64,000 nucleotides of DNA from Microcoleus sp. (lineage in GTDB: Bacteria > Cyanobacteriota > Cyanobacteriia > Cyanobacteriales > Microcoleaceae). The notes under the pieces were generated by a model. That model saw nothing but the letters and a program-made list of their open reading frames with translations, had not been told where the DNA came from and made no database searches. Where the stretch lies: assembly GCA_052279835.1 (NCBI GenBank), contig CP181291.1:2464001-2528000 (forward strand). The letters run 5' to 3'. Made by a program: the position numbers and the translations under genes. This document shows positions 51,901-62,124 of this stretch, one piece after another (the first letter of the stretch is position 1; the number at the start of each line of letters is the position of its first letter).

Positions 51901-54417
51901 CGATTCTTCATAATTACCGTTTAAATATTCTGATTCGGCTGTTGCTTCATAAATTGCTAAAGTTAATTCATACCGATTTTGCCAACAATCTGCTGGCAAT
52001 AATTCCAGCCCCACCCGCAAGTACCTAACAGCAGATTCATAAGCAGCAGCGGCTTTCGCCTTACGCCCCGCAGTTAAATTTAGTTTGGCTAACTCAATTT
52101 TTTCTGCGGGCTGGCTAATCGTGTCAATGCCCACATTTAATTGATTGACAATATCAAAGATGTTTTCTTCAAGCTTTTCGGGCGGAGTATTCTGTAGCAG
52201 TAATTGACCGATTTTTAAATGGGTGGATTGCTTTTGCTGTTCGGGAATTAGGGAATAGGCGGCTTGCTGAACGCGATCGTGCAAAAATTTGTAACTAACC
52301 CGCGAAGTGTCTAATTTAAGGTTAATTGATTCCGATTTGTCGAAAACTAAAGGAATGCGATAAGCATCGCTCAAGGGCAGAATTAACCCTGCTTGCAAAG
52401 CTGAATAAAGTTCATTTGCTGTAGAATTAGCTGACTTTTCACTGACAAGTGACAGTACATCTAGAGCAAATTTATCCCCTACACAGGCTGCTAATTTTAA
52501 CATTTCTTGCGTAGTGGCGGGCAGTTTTTTAAGGCGGCTGGCTACCAGTTCGACTACACTTTTATCGGTAATTCCAATGGCTTGAATTTCGTCTAGACTC
52601 CAATGCCATCCCCCTTGACATTCCCCACTGGAATTAAACTCAAATTTTAAAAGATTTTCTTGATAAAGTGCTTGAAGGAGTTGCGTCAAGAAAAAAGGAT
52701 TGCCACCTGTTTTGTTGCAGATTAACTCGGCTAAATCATTTACTTTTTCGGTGCGGTTGTTAAGTGTATCTGCAACTAATTCAGTCACATTTTCTAAATT
52801 TAGCGGTGTCAATACAATATTGTTGACAACCGTCCCTGTTTTTTCAATTTCTTCTACAGTTTGAATTAACGGGTGAGTCGGACTGACTTCGTTATCTCGA
52901 TAAGCACCGATTAGCAATAAAGATTGTTGGTCGGGGTCAGTTATCAGTGTTTGCATTAACTTTAATGTTGCTGAATCTGCCCACTGCAAATCGTCTAAAA
53001 AGATGACTAGCGGGTGTTCTTTTTGGGCAAAAACGCGAATAAATTCTTTGAATACGCGATTAAAGCGATTTTGCGATTCTACAGGGCCCTGTTCTGGCAC
53101 ATTGGGCTGTTTCCCAACGATTAATTCAAGTTCGGGAATTACATCGGCAATTACTTTCCCGTCTGTGCCTAAAGCTGTTAAAATTTTTGTGCGCCATGTT
53201 TCTATAGCGACTGCATTTTCTGTTAGCAACTGGCGCAGTAGTGAGTTAAATGCTTGAATTAATGAGGCGTAGGGAATGTTGCGTTTGAATTGGTCAAATT
53301 TGCCACTTATGAAGTAGCCTTTTGAGCGAGTTATTGGTTTGCTAACTTCGTTGACTACTGCTGATTTGCCGATCCCGGAATAGCCGGATACTAGCATTAG
53401 TTCGCTTTGGGAATGGGCGGGATTTTCTGTATTTCGATTAGGTGGCAAAGATGCGGGTGAACCAGCGCCTACACGTTCAAATGCTGTTAATATTTGGTTG
53501 ACTTGGTTTTCTCTACCGTACAATTTTTGGGGTATCAATAACTGACTGAGAATATCTAAACGTCCGGGGCTAAAATCTGTGATTTCTCCTGTGGTTTCTA
53601 ATTGATATAAACAGTTTTCTAAGTCGGCGAGTAATCCGGCTGCACTTTGATATCTGTGTTCGGCATTTTTGGACATCAATTTCATCACTATTTCTGAGAT
53701 GGTTGGCGAAATTTCTGGAGTGATGTGATGCGGCGAGATTGCTTGTATGGCGATGTGGCTGTAAACTATTTCTAAGGGGTCTATGCTCTGAAATGGCAAA
53801 CGACCTGTCAGCATTTCATACAGGGTAATTCCGAGGGAATAAAAGTCGGTGCGGTAGTCGAGGGTGCGGTTCATTCTCCCGGTTTGTTCGGGAGACATAT
53901 AGGCTAATGTGCCTTCGACGGAGTTGGGATTGTTAAATTGCGGGTTTTCTTTGTTTAGTTTGGTGGCAATGCCAAAGTCGGTGAGTTTAACTTGTTGGGT
54001 TTGGGAGTTGATTATGATGTTGCTGGGTTTGATGTCTTTGTGAATAATGTGATTTTGGTGCAGGTATTCTATGGCTTTGACGATTTGGATGGCGATGTCT
54101 AAAAAGGATCGCAGACTCAGCCTCTCTTTTTGGATAAGTTGTCCGAGAGATTCGCCACCAAAGTCTTCCAAAACGAGTCCTAATCGGTTGTCAAAGCTTT
54201 GGAGACTGATGGTTTTAACGATTTGTTCCGTATCTAAATTGTGGCGGATTTGATATTCGTGTTTGAGGCGAGTAATGGCATCGAGTGTGGGATATTCGGC
54301 TTTGAGGATTTTGATAATTATTGAAGTCTGGTCGAGAATTGTGTGGGCGCGATAGATAATTGTTTCGGCACCTTCATGGATATTAGAATTAATTTGGTAT
54401 TTTGAAAGGATTTGCAT
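48970..54417 (-). CDS. trifunctional Ser/Thr kinase-AAA ATPase-GAF-histidine kinase (HstK type)
   Basis: HKDIKPSN, YMSPEQTGRMNR, Walker A GYSGIGKS, DDLQWAD, GAF, AHEINNP. Confidence 0.95.
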   Translation of the reverse strand: MQILSKYQINSNIHEGAETIIYRAHTILDQTSIIIKILKAEYPTLDAITRLKHEYQIRHNLDTEQIVKTISLQSFDNRLGLVLEDFGGESLGQLIQKERLSLRSFLDIAIQIVKAIEYLHQNHIIHKDIKPSNIIINSQTQQVKLTDFGIATKLNKENPQFNNPNSVEGTLAYMSPEQTGRMNRTLDYRTDFYSLGITLYEMLTGRLPFQSIDPLEIVYSHIAIQAISPHHITPEISPTISEIVMKLMSKNAEHRYQSAAGLLADLENCLYQLETTGEITDFSPGRLDILSQLLIPQKLYGRENQVNQILTAFERVGAGSPASLPPNRNTENPAHSQSELMLVSGYSGIGKSAVVNEVSKPITRSKGYFISGKFDQFKRNIPYASLIQAFNSLLRQLLTENAVAIETWRTKILTALGTDGKVIADVIPELELIVGKQPNVPEQGPVESQNRFNRVFKEFIRVFAQKEHPLVIFLDDLQWADSATLKLMQTLITDPDQQSLLLIGAYRDNEVSPTHPLIQTVEEIEKTGTVVNNIVLTPLNLENVTELVADTLNNRTEKVNDLAELICNKTGGNPFFLTQLLQALYQENLLKFEFNSSGECQGGWHWSLDEIQAIGITDKSVVELVASRLKKLPATTQEMLKLAACVGDKFALDVLSLVSEKSANSTANELYSALQAGLILPLSDAYRIPLVFDKSESINLKLDTSRVSYKFLHDRVQQAAYSLIPEQQKQSTHLKIGQLLLQNTPPEKLEENIFDIVNQLNVGIDTISQPAEKIELAKLNLTAGRKAKAAAAYESAVRYLRVGLELLPADCWQNRYELTLAIYEATAESEYLNGNYEESKRLVDFTLIQAKTLLEKLNVYELQLQSYNVQNRLIEALNTGLEVLKLLGIHFPENPKVPNIVLGLIESKLRLGTKPINDLATLPEMTAPDKQAAMRILSVILGSAIAAKPLLVPLLTFTMVKLCIKYGNSPYASVAYVYYGAVLSKLGDFSLAYQFGQLGIKLLEKCSSRSIKSKVYTGLGAFILPWKVELKSALGYLKEGFQSGMEAGELEYAGYSINIYCTYTLWMGKPLDVVAEETDKYVKLMQQLKQESSWLSISIEKEIALNLCGKTTDTCHLVGEIFNEFKLLPALIEGKSFVLVCLAYNAKAMLNYMFKNYTESVENSRLFEKYEEVAAGFYIVSVSKFYYSLSLLALYPQAEKEEQKQYFKKVVEILNKMKKWAVNAPMNYQHKYDLVAGEKARVLGQNSEAMELYDRAIAGAAKNGYLQDEALAYELAGEFYQYLGKQIIAQAYLTKAYYGYIRWGALAKVKHLESIHPFLLTQTRTTQAPSTTLDVTRTTTGSTTSNGLGDFLDVATFIKSSQAINSEIVLENLLTKLIKILLENAAAQKVVLLLLKGDGLCIEAVGNSTDSTATILQSIPLENSQDLPISVINYVFRSQQPLVLEDGNVAEFFQADVYIREFQIKSILCLPIIYQSHLQGIIYLENKLTAGAFTTDRVEVLKVLVTQVAIAIENASLYAREQEKSQLLEKSFSELQQAQLQLIQSEKMSSLGNLVAGVAHEINNPVGFIAGNINEANRSVADLINHLKLYQEEVTAPSSKIEQDAEDIDLEYLIQDLPKMLGSMKVGCDRIRNISTSLRTFSRADTSQKVSADIHEGIDSTLMILQHRLKANSDRPLIQVVKEYGNIPKVKCYLGQLNQVFMNILANAIDCFEEANKGRSFDEIELAPNIITIKTQIDDEHQIVVIKIGDNGRGISEEVVARIFDHLFTTKGVGKGTGLGLSISRQIVEETHGGKLTCDSVVGTGTEFAIALQLD

Positions 54418-54635
54418 AAATTTATTTAAAGTAATATAGGATTCTATTTTACCTAGAGTATCGCTAATTTTTTGAATATTTATGTGATATCGATCGCGTT
54501 TTTTTATGCCCTAAGTCACAAACAATAGATAGCACTAACTTGTGTAGGGGCAATCCCACACCTGGTTGCCCCTAGATGAGAGCCCCACGCACCATCCACG
54601 GCCCTTACCTTAATTGCTGTTTAAATTCGGGAGTT

Positions 54636-57023
54636 TCAATCTTGTACAACTGTAACTTCACTGACATAAACAATGGATTCGGGGTCGGGTAAAATACGGA
54701 CGCGGGCAAATTTTAAACCGCTGACTCCTTGCAGGGATTCCACCATCCCTGTTTGAATTTTTGATTCTACCCAACCTTCGCGAGACAAGTAGCGCAAATA
54801 TTGTTCGTACTCTTCCCACTCGTCTTCAGTTGAATAAACTATAGTTAACATTCCTGACTGGGTTATTCGCTCTTGGGCGTCTTTGTCAACGGCTTTTTCG
54901 ATGCGCTTTTTGACAAGTTCGTAGCGGATGTCGCGGGTGCCTTTGACATCAAACATTTTTTCTGTATTTTCGTTGTGAAAAATGTCGATCGTGGTATTTT
55001 GTACTAAGACTAAATGTGCGAGTTCCATATTTATTTGCGAATCTGCTTGCAGGCGAAATACGGTGCGCCCGCAGTCGCAAATTGCTCGTAGTTGTTCGTA
55101 ACGCAAACTGTGGAGATGAAACTGACTGAATCTGCTATCTATAGATTTGCCGACATAAATCATGTGATCCATGCCGTCGGTACATTCTATGTCGCAGTAG
55201 TGGGGGAGAATTTTCTGCATTCTGTCTTGCCAGCGTGTCCAAGTTTCTTGGAGTTCGCTAGTAATTAAATGTAGCATTTCGTCGTAGCGAGTGCGATCGC
55301 AGTAAACGCAGTTGTGTTCGTTTTCACAAGCTGCTCGGTAAGCTTCCACTGCATCCTGAACTTTTGGCCCGCACTGCAAAAAATAGTCAAAATATACTTC
55401 TAAATGTTCGTTCAAATACTCCGCTGCTCGCACCTCCATATCAACTGTTATTTTTTCTTTTAAATGCTCAATATAGTCTAGTAAATCGAGGCGTAGTTGC
55501 TGACCGAGGTGAGTAGTTTGTGTTTCACAAACGACATCAACTATGTCTAAAGCTAAGTGAAATTGTTCTAGTAAATCAGTTTGAATGGCTCGATTTCGCT
55601 CGTCGCTAGAACCACGAATATCGGAAATTCCAAACAGTGGATAAACTTCAGAAAATACTATTGTTTCCTGTGGTAGTCCCCAACTTCGTCTTTCTGCTTC
55701 TTGGATGAAGCGCCATTCGACGGAGGGGTGGATGTTGTGGATGTGGCTAAACCGTTGCTGCATGGCTTGCCGCAGGGCTGCTATGAAGGCGGGAATGAGT
55801 TCTTGGGCGTGCTGGGAGTCAATGCGGTTGAAGTGGTTTGGCCGATCGCACAACATCCCTACTAGGCCCAAAATTCGCTGCACGCAGCCCTCGCGGGTGA
55901 CAGTTTTGACCACTAGGGGTACCAGTAGCATCGATCGCACACCCATTTTTCGCAAAGCCCGATCGCATTCGGTGTCGCATTCTCGGCGTAAATCGGGGAC
56001 ATTCCAAACTTGATTTGCCGCCGTTGCTTTCAAAAAATGAGAATCTTCTAGGGAGTCCATTGAATAAACCACTGGCTGCAAATGTTGGCCGCCTTTAGCG
56101 ACTAATATCTGTACCTGTTCGCCGTCAGGGCGCAGCAGCAAAGTGCCGTCTGCATTAAATAGCGATCGTAAACAACCATCTATTCTTTCAAATTTGTCTG
56201 GGCGCAGCATGGAATCGCGATCGATTAATAACTGCGTCAGTCGCCGAATTTGCTCTTGTATGGTGACATCAAAACCTTCGAGTACCAGTAAACCTTCTAC
56301 TTGGTAATTATCCAACTGTAAGCGATCGCCTAAAATCGCCAATTGATTCGACTGCATCAACCAAGATTCTCGTTCGTTTACTGGCATTAAATTCAAATGT
56401 AAATCCGCAAATTCATCTATCTTTGGGTCAATTTTATCTATTTTCAATTGTTCCGAACCCAGCCAAAATTCGACAAATCTTGGTTCAGGGTGTACTCGAC
56501 TTTTTACAGTAGCCATCACTGGTTCATCGAGGACTCGCAAAGCTCGGAGGTCTATTTGATAAGATTGTTTGAATACCCAGTGCAAAAGGTGGCGTCGGTA
56601 TAATTTTTCGGCAGTTTTGCTGTCCCACTCCTCGAACAGTTCCAGCAAAGTAATACCCATTCCGGCAAACAAACCGCCTAGTGGCCCATTTCCCAGGGGT
56701 GTTCCTTCCCAGCCAGCCAAACGGCAGAAAGCTGCGTTAGCATACCGCAGGGCAAAAGTCCTCGGCTCGATTACTGCTATTAAAACGCGACGGTTGCCGA
56801 GGAATTGAAACACCCACTGCAAGTCTTGTTTCCATGTTTTCAACCGTTCAATTTCGCCAGATTCATTCGGTACTCCAGCAGCCAAAGCTTGCAGTAGCTG
56901 TTCCATATTAACTTCGCTTTGCAAACTGTGATTATCTTGTTCAGTGGAGTCTATATTGGCGGGCATGAGTGACTTGGCGGAGTGATTGCTGCTTTGACGA
57001 GATGAGGATTTAGGAGTAGACAT
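54636..57023 (-). CDS. GAF-domain-containing protein of unknown function
   Basis: GAF-like segment (VRSMLLVPLVV); conserved-looking IHPSVEWRF and PLFGISDIRGSS. Confidence 0.8.
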   Translation of the reverse strand: MSTPKSSSRQSSNHSAKSLMPANIDSTEQDNHSLQSEVNMEQLLQALAAGVPNESGEIERLKTWKQDLQWVFQFLGNRRVLIAVIEPRTFALRYANAAFCRLAGWEGTPLGNGPLGGLFAGMGITLLELFEEWDSKTAEKLYRRHLLHWVFKQSYQIDLRALRVLDEPVMATVKSRVHPEPRFVEFWLGSEQLKIDKIDPKIDEFADLHLNLMPVNERESWLMQSNQLAILGDRLQLDNYQVEGLLVLEGFDVTIQEQIRRLTQLLIDRDSMLRPDKFERIDGCLRSLFNADGTLLLRPDGEQVQILVAKGGQHLQPVVYSMDSLEDSHFLKATAANQVWNVPDLRRECDTECDRALRKMGVRSMLLVPLVVKTVTREGCVQRILGLVGMLCDRPNHFNRIDSQHAQELIPAFIAALRQAMQQRFSHIHNIHPSVEWRFIQEAERRSWGLPQETIVFSEVYPLFGISDIRGSSDERNRAIQTDLLEQFHLALDIVDVVCETQTTHLGQQLRLDLLDYIEHLKEKITVDMEVRAAEYLNEHLEVYFDYFLQCGPKVQDAVEAYRAACENEHNCVYCDRTRYDEMLHLITSELQETWTRWQDRMQKILPHYCDIECTDGMDHMIYVGKSIDSRFSQFHLHSLRYEQLRAICDCGRTVFRLQADSQINMELAHLVLVQNTTIDIFHNENTEKMFDVKGTRDIRYELVKKRIEKAVDKDAQERITQSGMLTIVYSTEDEWEEYEQYLRYLSREGWVESKIQTGMVESLQGVSGLKFARVRILPDPESIVYVSEVTVVQD

Positions 57024-57463
57024 GAGTAAAACACCTGAAAACAGTGAATTTTGCCAATAATAATGTTGGCGAGCCGGAATTTAAGGATTTGTGAAGAAAT
57101 TACAGCCTGTTTATAAAGCTTTTGTCTGGGGATCGAAAACTGGCTATTTTCCCAGGGCGATCGGGACCATAAACTTTGACTTTTCTTGACAAACAACCTT
57201 GCCTTCTCGACGTTACAGGGTTACATTAACGTTGTTAGCACATTGCCTGTTAAGTTTATTATAAGTGCTAAACAGTTGAGACGTACTAAATATTAGCGGT
57301 CCTACTCAATATATTTGAGCTGGGAAATGGCAAATAGGCAAGCAAGTTGCGCTGGACTGGTTTTACACAAAAAAGTTCCAAAATAAATTTTACTCAAATT
57401 GAGAGCGTGTCTGCAAATTATAAAATATAATAGGATTATCAGCATTTTGAAAAGGAGATATCC

Positions 57464-58243
57464 ATGGTTTTAACGATTAACAATCTACTCGGAGATCTGA
57501 CTGGTTTTCCCGTGTCGGCTGGGGGGGGACCGCGTTTTTTGGGATTTGCTACGGACGATGATATCAATGTAATAGAGGGAGATTTGTCTGCTTTTACCTG
57601 GGGAGTCTGGGGATTAGATGGCAACGATACGATTTTAGGTTCCTCCGATGGCAACGAACGACTATTAGGAAATAACGGCAATGATGTCATCGCCGGTGGT
57701 CCCGGAAATGACATCATTTACGGTGGCAAAAATAACGATAGACTTGATGGAAATGAGGGCAATGATGTCATTAGAGGTGATGCTGGTAACGATGTTTTGT
57801 TTGGGAGCCGTGGCAACGATCTACTGCGAGGTGGGCAAGGAGATGATGATTTAGAGGGCAATGAAGGTAATGATTTCCTCGTGGGCGATCGCGGTGTTGA
57901 TGTCTTGACTGGTGGGCCTGGTAGTGATATATTTTTGCTCAAAAGCAATGATGAAGCATTTAGTGTTGCTCAAGCTGATGTGATTACTGATTTTAACTTT
58001 GACCAGGGCGATCGCCTTGGTCTCACCGATGGCTTAACTGAATTAAGTTTGCTGTTTACTGACGATAATCTGATCGCTTATGACAATGACGGAATTGTGA
58101 ACGATATGGTGATTCGTAACCGCAGTAATGGGCAGATTTTGGGAATCGTGTTGAATAATAACAACTTCGATCTAACTGGTTCATTTGAAACGGCAAGTCC
58201 TTTTGCCTTGGCGATTAATGGTTCAGATTTCCAGTTTTTGTAG
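57464..58243 (+). CDS. RTX-type calcium-binding repeat protein
   Basis: multiple GGxGxDxLx nonapeptides; DVITDF. Confidence 0.9.
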   Translation: MVLTINNLLGDLTGFPVSAGGGPRFLGFATDDDINVIEGDLSAFTWGVWGLDGNDTILGSSDGNERLLGNNGNDVIAGGPGNDIIYGGKNNDRLDGNEGNDVIRGDAGNDVLFGSRGNDLLRGGQGDDDLEGNEGNDFLVGDRGVDVLTGGPGSDIFLLKSNDEAFSVAQADVITDFNFDQGDRLGLTDGLTELSLLFTDDNLIAYDNDGIVNDMVIRNRSNGQILGIVLNNNNFDLTGSFETASPFALAINGSDFQFL

Positions 58244-58356
58244 TTAGTTTTAGGTGGATGTGAAACATGATTTTTCTTGCCTAAATACTGGCTCCTGGCT
58301 AGTAACTAAAAGTTCATAGATGATGATGGTATTTATGGGTAAGTAATGAATCGGTT

Positions 58357-58405
58357 TGCGAAATTCTTCGTTCCCAAGCCAAGCTGAAGAACGAGGAATT
58401 TGCGA
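58357..58405. terminator. hairpin between convergent genes
   Basis: AAATTCTTCGTTC...GAACGAGGAATTT inverted repeat. Confidence 0.55.
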
Positions 58406-58406
58406 T

Positions 58407-58985
58407 TTACACCAGCGAACACTTGCGCTTTAAAGCTTCTTCCAAGAGAGCATTGTACTGCTTTTCCTTGACAGTATAAGCCCCGAATCTTTCGAGGTGA
58501 GGATTGTTCATTTGAGCATCGAATAGTAGATAATATCGATCGCGCAATCTCTCAACCAATTTCACCATCGCTACCTTAGAACCTTCTGGAATTCGATAAA
58601 ACATCGATTCGCCAATAAAAGCGCCGCCTATAGACAATCCGAGAATTCCCCCAGCCAATTCGTCACCATACCAAGTCTCGAAGCTGTAAGCCCAACCGGT
58701 CTGATACAAAGCCCAATATATCTGTTTTAGTTCTTGAGAAATCCAGGTAGTTTCGCGATCGGCACAACCCTCGACTACTGCTGCAAAATCGCGGTTTACA
58801 GCCACGGAAAACCGATTTTGATTGATTTGACGGCGGAGGGATTTAGGATAGGTAAAGCTTCCATCTAGGGGAATCAGCGCCCGCTGGCGGCTGGAATACC
58901 AGCCCAAACTATCTTCACCGTCATTTGCCATCAGGAAATAGCCTTGGGCATATCCTTGTATAATTGACTGTATATCATATTGCAT
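58407..58985 (-). CDS. aat: leucyl/phenylalanyl-tRNA--protein transferase
   Basis: GYAQGYFLMA, TWIS, GGAFIGESMF, SKVAMV. Confidence 0.93.
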   Translation of the reverse strand: MQYDIQSIIQGYAQGYFLMANDGEDSLGWYSSRQRALIPLDGSFTYPKSLRRQINQNRFSVAVNRDFAAVVEGCADRETTWISQELKQIYWALYQTGWAYSFETWYGDELAGGILGLSIGGAFIGESMFYRIPEGSKVAMVKLVERLRDRYYLLFDAQMNNPHLERFGAYTVKEKQYNALLEEALKRKCSLV

Positions 58986-59053
58986 AAATTTATCTGTTGT
59001 TTGTCAGTTGACCGTTAACCGCCAACATTAGCAATTAGGAATTAGGAATAACT

Positions 59054-59383
59054 ATGTCAGAATCGATCGCACCCATCACCTTACCACCAGCCAAAAACCC
59101 AGAACAGGAAGGTGAATGGCTCCAACAAACACTGCTCGCATGGCTGGACTCTGAGTTTATCCCAGAAGCTGCCAACCAGCAAATAGCTAAAAGAGCAGCC
59201 CAAATCTATGTCCGCCAACGCATGGAAGGCGAAAACGATGTGGGCAGTCTCGTAATTGCGATCGTCACCGAAATGCAAGCCTATGATTTTTCTAAAAGCT
59301 TCTACGGCGAATTTGCGATCGCCAATGCCGTCAGCGACTTATTACTAGAAAGTCTGGGCATCGATAAATGCTGCGGACAATGA
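59054..59383 (+). CDS. conserved hypothetical protein
   Basis: WLDSEFIPE, YVRQRMEGE, FAIANAVSDLL. Confidence 0.8.
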   Translation: MSESIAPITLPPAKNPEQEGEWLQQTLLAWLDSEFIPEAANQQIAKRAAQIYVRQRMEGENDVGSLVIAIVTEMQAYDFSKSFYGEFAIANAVSDLLLESLGIDKCCGQ

Positions 59384-59518
59384 AGCAAGAAAGAGGAAAA
59401 TTTAACTCAGAATCAGGAAACAAGAATCCACCCAAAACACAATCTTGCCCATTAAATTGATTGTGAGTTTTTTCTTCCTTCTTCGTACCCCTTCGCGCAG
59501 TCGAAGAGTCGAAGGGCT

Positions 59519-59578
59519 TTCTTCCTTCTTCCTTCTTCCTTCTTCCTTCTTCCTTCTTCCTTCTTCCTTCTTCCTTCG
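59519..59578. repeat. STRR heptamer-type repeat (TTCCTTC)n
   Basis: tandem copies; reverse complement of the 4376 unit. Confidence 0.8.
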
Positions 59579-59587
59579 TTCTTTCTA

Positions 59588-59890
59588 CTACCAGCTAGAC
59601 TTAACTACACCGGGCAAAAGACCTTCATGAGCCATTTCTCGCATCGTGTTCCGAGACAGCCCGAAGTCACGATAGTAACCTCTGGGACGACCTGTCGCCC
59701 AGCAGCGGTTACGCAAGCGAGTCCGGGAACTGCTGCGGGGTAGCTTTTGTAGTTCGCGGTGAATCGCCATTTTATCCATCTGATTCGCAGCTTGGTCGAA
59801 CTGGTCTTTCAGGTCTGCGCGCTTGTCAGCGTACTTGTCTACGAGTCTTTGGCGTTTTTTCTCGCGCTCGACCATGCTCTTTTTAGCCAT
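59588..59890 (-). CDS. rpsN: 30S ribosomal protein S14
   Basis: [21 protein letters not shown]. Confidence 0.98.
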   Translation of the reverse strand: MAKKSMVEREKKRQRLVDKYADKRADLKDQFDQAANQMDKMAIHRELQKLPRSSSRTRLRNRCWATGRPRGYYRDFGLSRNTMREMAHEGLLPGVVKSSW

Positions 59891-60029
59891 AATCTGTTGA
59901 TATCCTTAGATAAATCACAATCTAGTATTATACTATGTTTTGGTCATTTTGGATGAATTTAAATAATTTAACCGCAGAGAACGCTCCAGAACGCAGAGGA
60001 AGAGAGAAGACCGATCGATAATTTTGACC

Positions 60030-60677
60030 CTATGAAACATTAGCAGAAGGACACAAATCAGCCAGTTCACACACATCACAACTTGGATTTCTGGCATTAC
60101 AAACCGCCCGACCATGATATACCAACCGAATCGACCAATTTTCCCAATCTGGCTGCGGTAACAAGAGCATCAAATCTCGCTCAATCCTGGCAGGATCTGG
60201 ATGTTTGGTCAAGCCCAAGCGCTGGCTTAATCGCTTGACATGAGTATCGACTGTCACGCCCATATGAATTCCAAAAGCGTGAGCGAGAACTACATTAGCC
60301 GTTTTGCGCGCAACTCCGGGCAATTCTAACAGCAATTCCATTGTCTGCGGGACTTGATTATTGAATTTATTGGCGATCGCCCAACAAGCACCTTTAATAT
60401 TTTTAGCTTTATTCCGATAGAAACCAGTCGATCGCACTAAATTCTCCAATTCTTCCAAATCCGCGTTTCCCAAAGCAATTGCATCGGGAAAACGCTCAAA
60501 TAAAGCCGGTGTCACCAGATTAACTCGCGCATCGGTGCATTGAGCCGAAAGAATAGTAGCCACCAGCAACTGCACGGGAGTTTCGTAATCGAGAGTGCAA
60601 GGAGCCTCTGGATATAGGGATTTTAGGCGATTCAAAATTTCTAGCGATCGCTTTTTTAAACTTATTTTTTTAGTCAT
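60030..60677 (-). CDS. nth: endonuclease III
   Basis: LSAQCTD, LPGVARKTANVV, VDTHV, C-x6-C-x2-C-x5-C. Confidence 0.96.
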   Translation of the reverse strand: MTKKISLKKRSLEILNRLKSLYPEAPCTLDYETPVQLLVATILSAQCTDARVNLVTPALFERFPDAIALGNADLEELENLVRSTGFYRNKAKNIKGACWAIANKFNNQVPQTMELLLELPGVARKTANVVLAHAFGIHMGVTVDTHVKRLSQRLGLTKHPDPARIERDLMLLLPQPDWENWSIRLVYHGRAVCNARNPSCDVCELADLCPSANVS

Positions 60678-60746
60678 TAGTTATTGGTTATTGGTTATTG
60701 GTTATTGGTTATTCGATCCCAACAACCAATAACCAACAACTAAGAA

Positions 60747-61856
60747 TTATTGTTTCATTAAAAATCTAAAATCTATCCCAGCCAAATTAGCTGTATCCCG
60801 AATAATCAAGAAAATTCCCAAACCCAGCAACAGCACCAAACCAGTCTGCATCACGTTTTCCTGAATACGGTTTGGCAAAGGTTTACCGCGCATTCCTTCG
60901 ATTAAAAGAAAAGCTAGCTGACCTCCATCCAAAGCAGGTAAAGGCAAGATATTAATCACAGCCAAATTGATGCTAATTAGCACAGCATACTGAAACAAAC
61001 TCGCTGCATCCGATCGCGCAATTCCTGCGCCCACCGCCACAATCGCTACTGGCCCGGACAACTTTTCAGCAGTCTGACTGAAATTACTCAATAATTGCCC
61101 GAAACCTTGAAAAGTCAGCACCACAATCCGCTCAAATTCAGCCGAGGCTTTAGTTAACGCATCGACAATTCCGACTCGCTGCCGCACCACAGTACCATTG
61201 GAAGTTAGCTGCACCCCAATGCGACCTTTACCGTCAGGGGTCACTTCGGGAGTTACTGTTACTACAAATTTCTGTTCTTGACGCTGAATTTCCAAGGCTA
61301 GGGGTTGGTTGGGATGATTTTGGATTTCCGCGACTAAAGATTTGATGGCTTCGCTGGAAGCCCCCAATTCCTTACCGTCTACAGATAGAACTATGTCTCC
61401 CGATTTAATGCCGGCCTTGGTGGCGGCTGAACTGACTTCTAGCGCCACTTCTGGGACTTTAACTCCTGGTTGGTAGTCCATTGATGGGAGCCCGACAGTC
61501 CCAAATTGCACTACTAGCAGGAAGTAAGCAAAAATTAAGTTGGCAATTACCCCTGCACTAATGACGATCGCCCGATCGAGCACGGGCCGATTTTTGAGCA
61601 AATCCGGGTCATTTGGGGGGATAGTGCTTTCGGGGTCGTCGTCGGGAAAACCCACGAAACCTCCCAAGGGAAAGGCTCGGAGGGCGTATTCGGTTTCTGG
61701 GCCTTGGTATTTCCACAGGATGGGGCCGAAACCGATGGAAAAGCGGTTGACGTGGATGTGTTGCAGTCTCGCCGCCAGGAAGTGGCCGAGTTCGTGAACG
61801 ACAATGAGGATACCTAAAACTGCGATCGCTGCCAAAACAGACATGAAGGATTCCAA
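60747..61856 (-). CDS. rseP: RIP metalloprotease RseP
   Basis: HELGH, PDZ, NILPLPALDGG. Confidence 0.95.
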   Translation of the reverse strand: MESFMSVLAAIAVLGILIVVHELGHFLAARLQHIHVNRFSIGFGPILWKYQGPETEYALRAFPLGGFVGFPDDDPESTIPPNDPDLLKNRPVLDRAIVISAGVIANLIFAYFLLVVQFGTVGLPSMDYQPGVKVPEVALEVSSAATKAGIKSGDIVLSVDGKELGASSEAIKSLVAEIQNHPNQPLALEIQRQEQKFVVTVTPEVTPDGKGRIGVQLTSNGTVVRQRVGIVDALTKASAEFERIVVLTFQGFGQLLSNFSQTAEKLSGPVAIVAVGAGIARSDAASLFQYAVLISINLAVINILPLPALDGGQLAFLLIEGMRGKPLPNRIQENVMQTGLVLLLGLGIFLIIRDTANLAGIDFRFLMKQ

Positions 61857-62124
61857 TTATGCTTTTATTTGACTTTGATTTATTTTAATATCTTTTTTAA
61901 GATAGGTGGCATCGGATCGGCAATTTTCCATCACACTCGAAGATAGCATTTTAAGCTAAAGTCCCGTCGAGTGCGCCATCCGGCTGGTGTCGATTTTGGT
62001 CAAAAGTGCGATCGACCTACCAAACTCAAGATGAGTCACTACTCAGTTGCTGGTTTTTGCTATAATCACAAAGCAGCAATAACTAATAACTAATAACCCA
62101 TAACTAATAATCCCTAACCATTTT

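Noticed and set aside
57210..57230. HLR1 (RpaB) site GTTACAGG-GTTACATT
   Set aside because: Repeat period is 8 rather than the 10 bp expected
59445..59630. ORF with FFLLPSS repeats
   Set aside because: Translation of a pyrimidine STRR overlapping the end of rpsN
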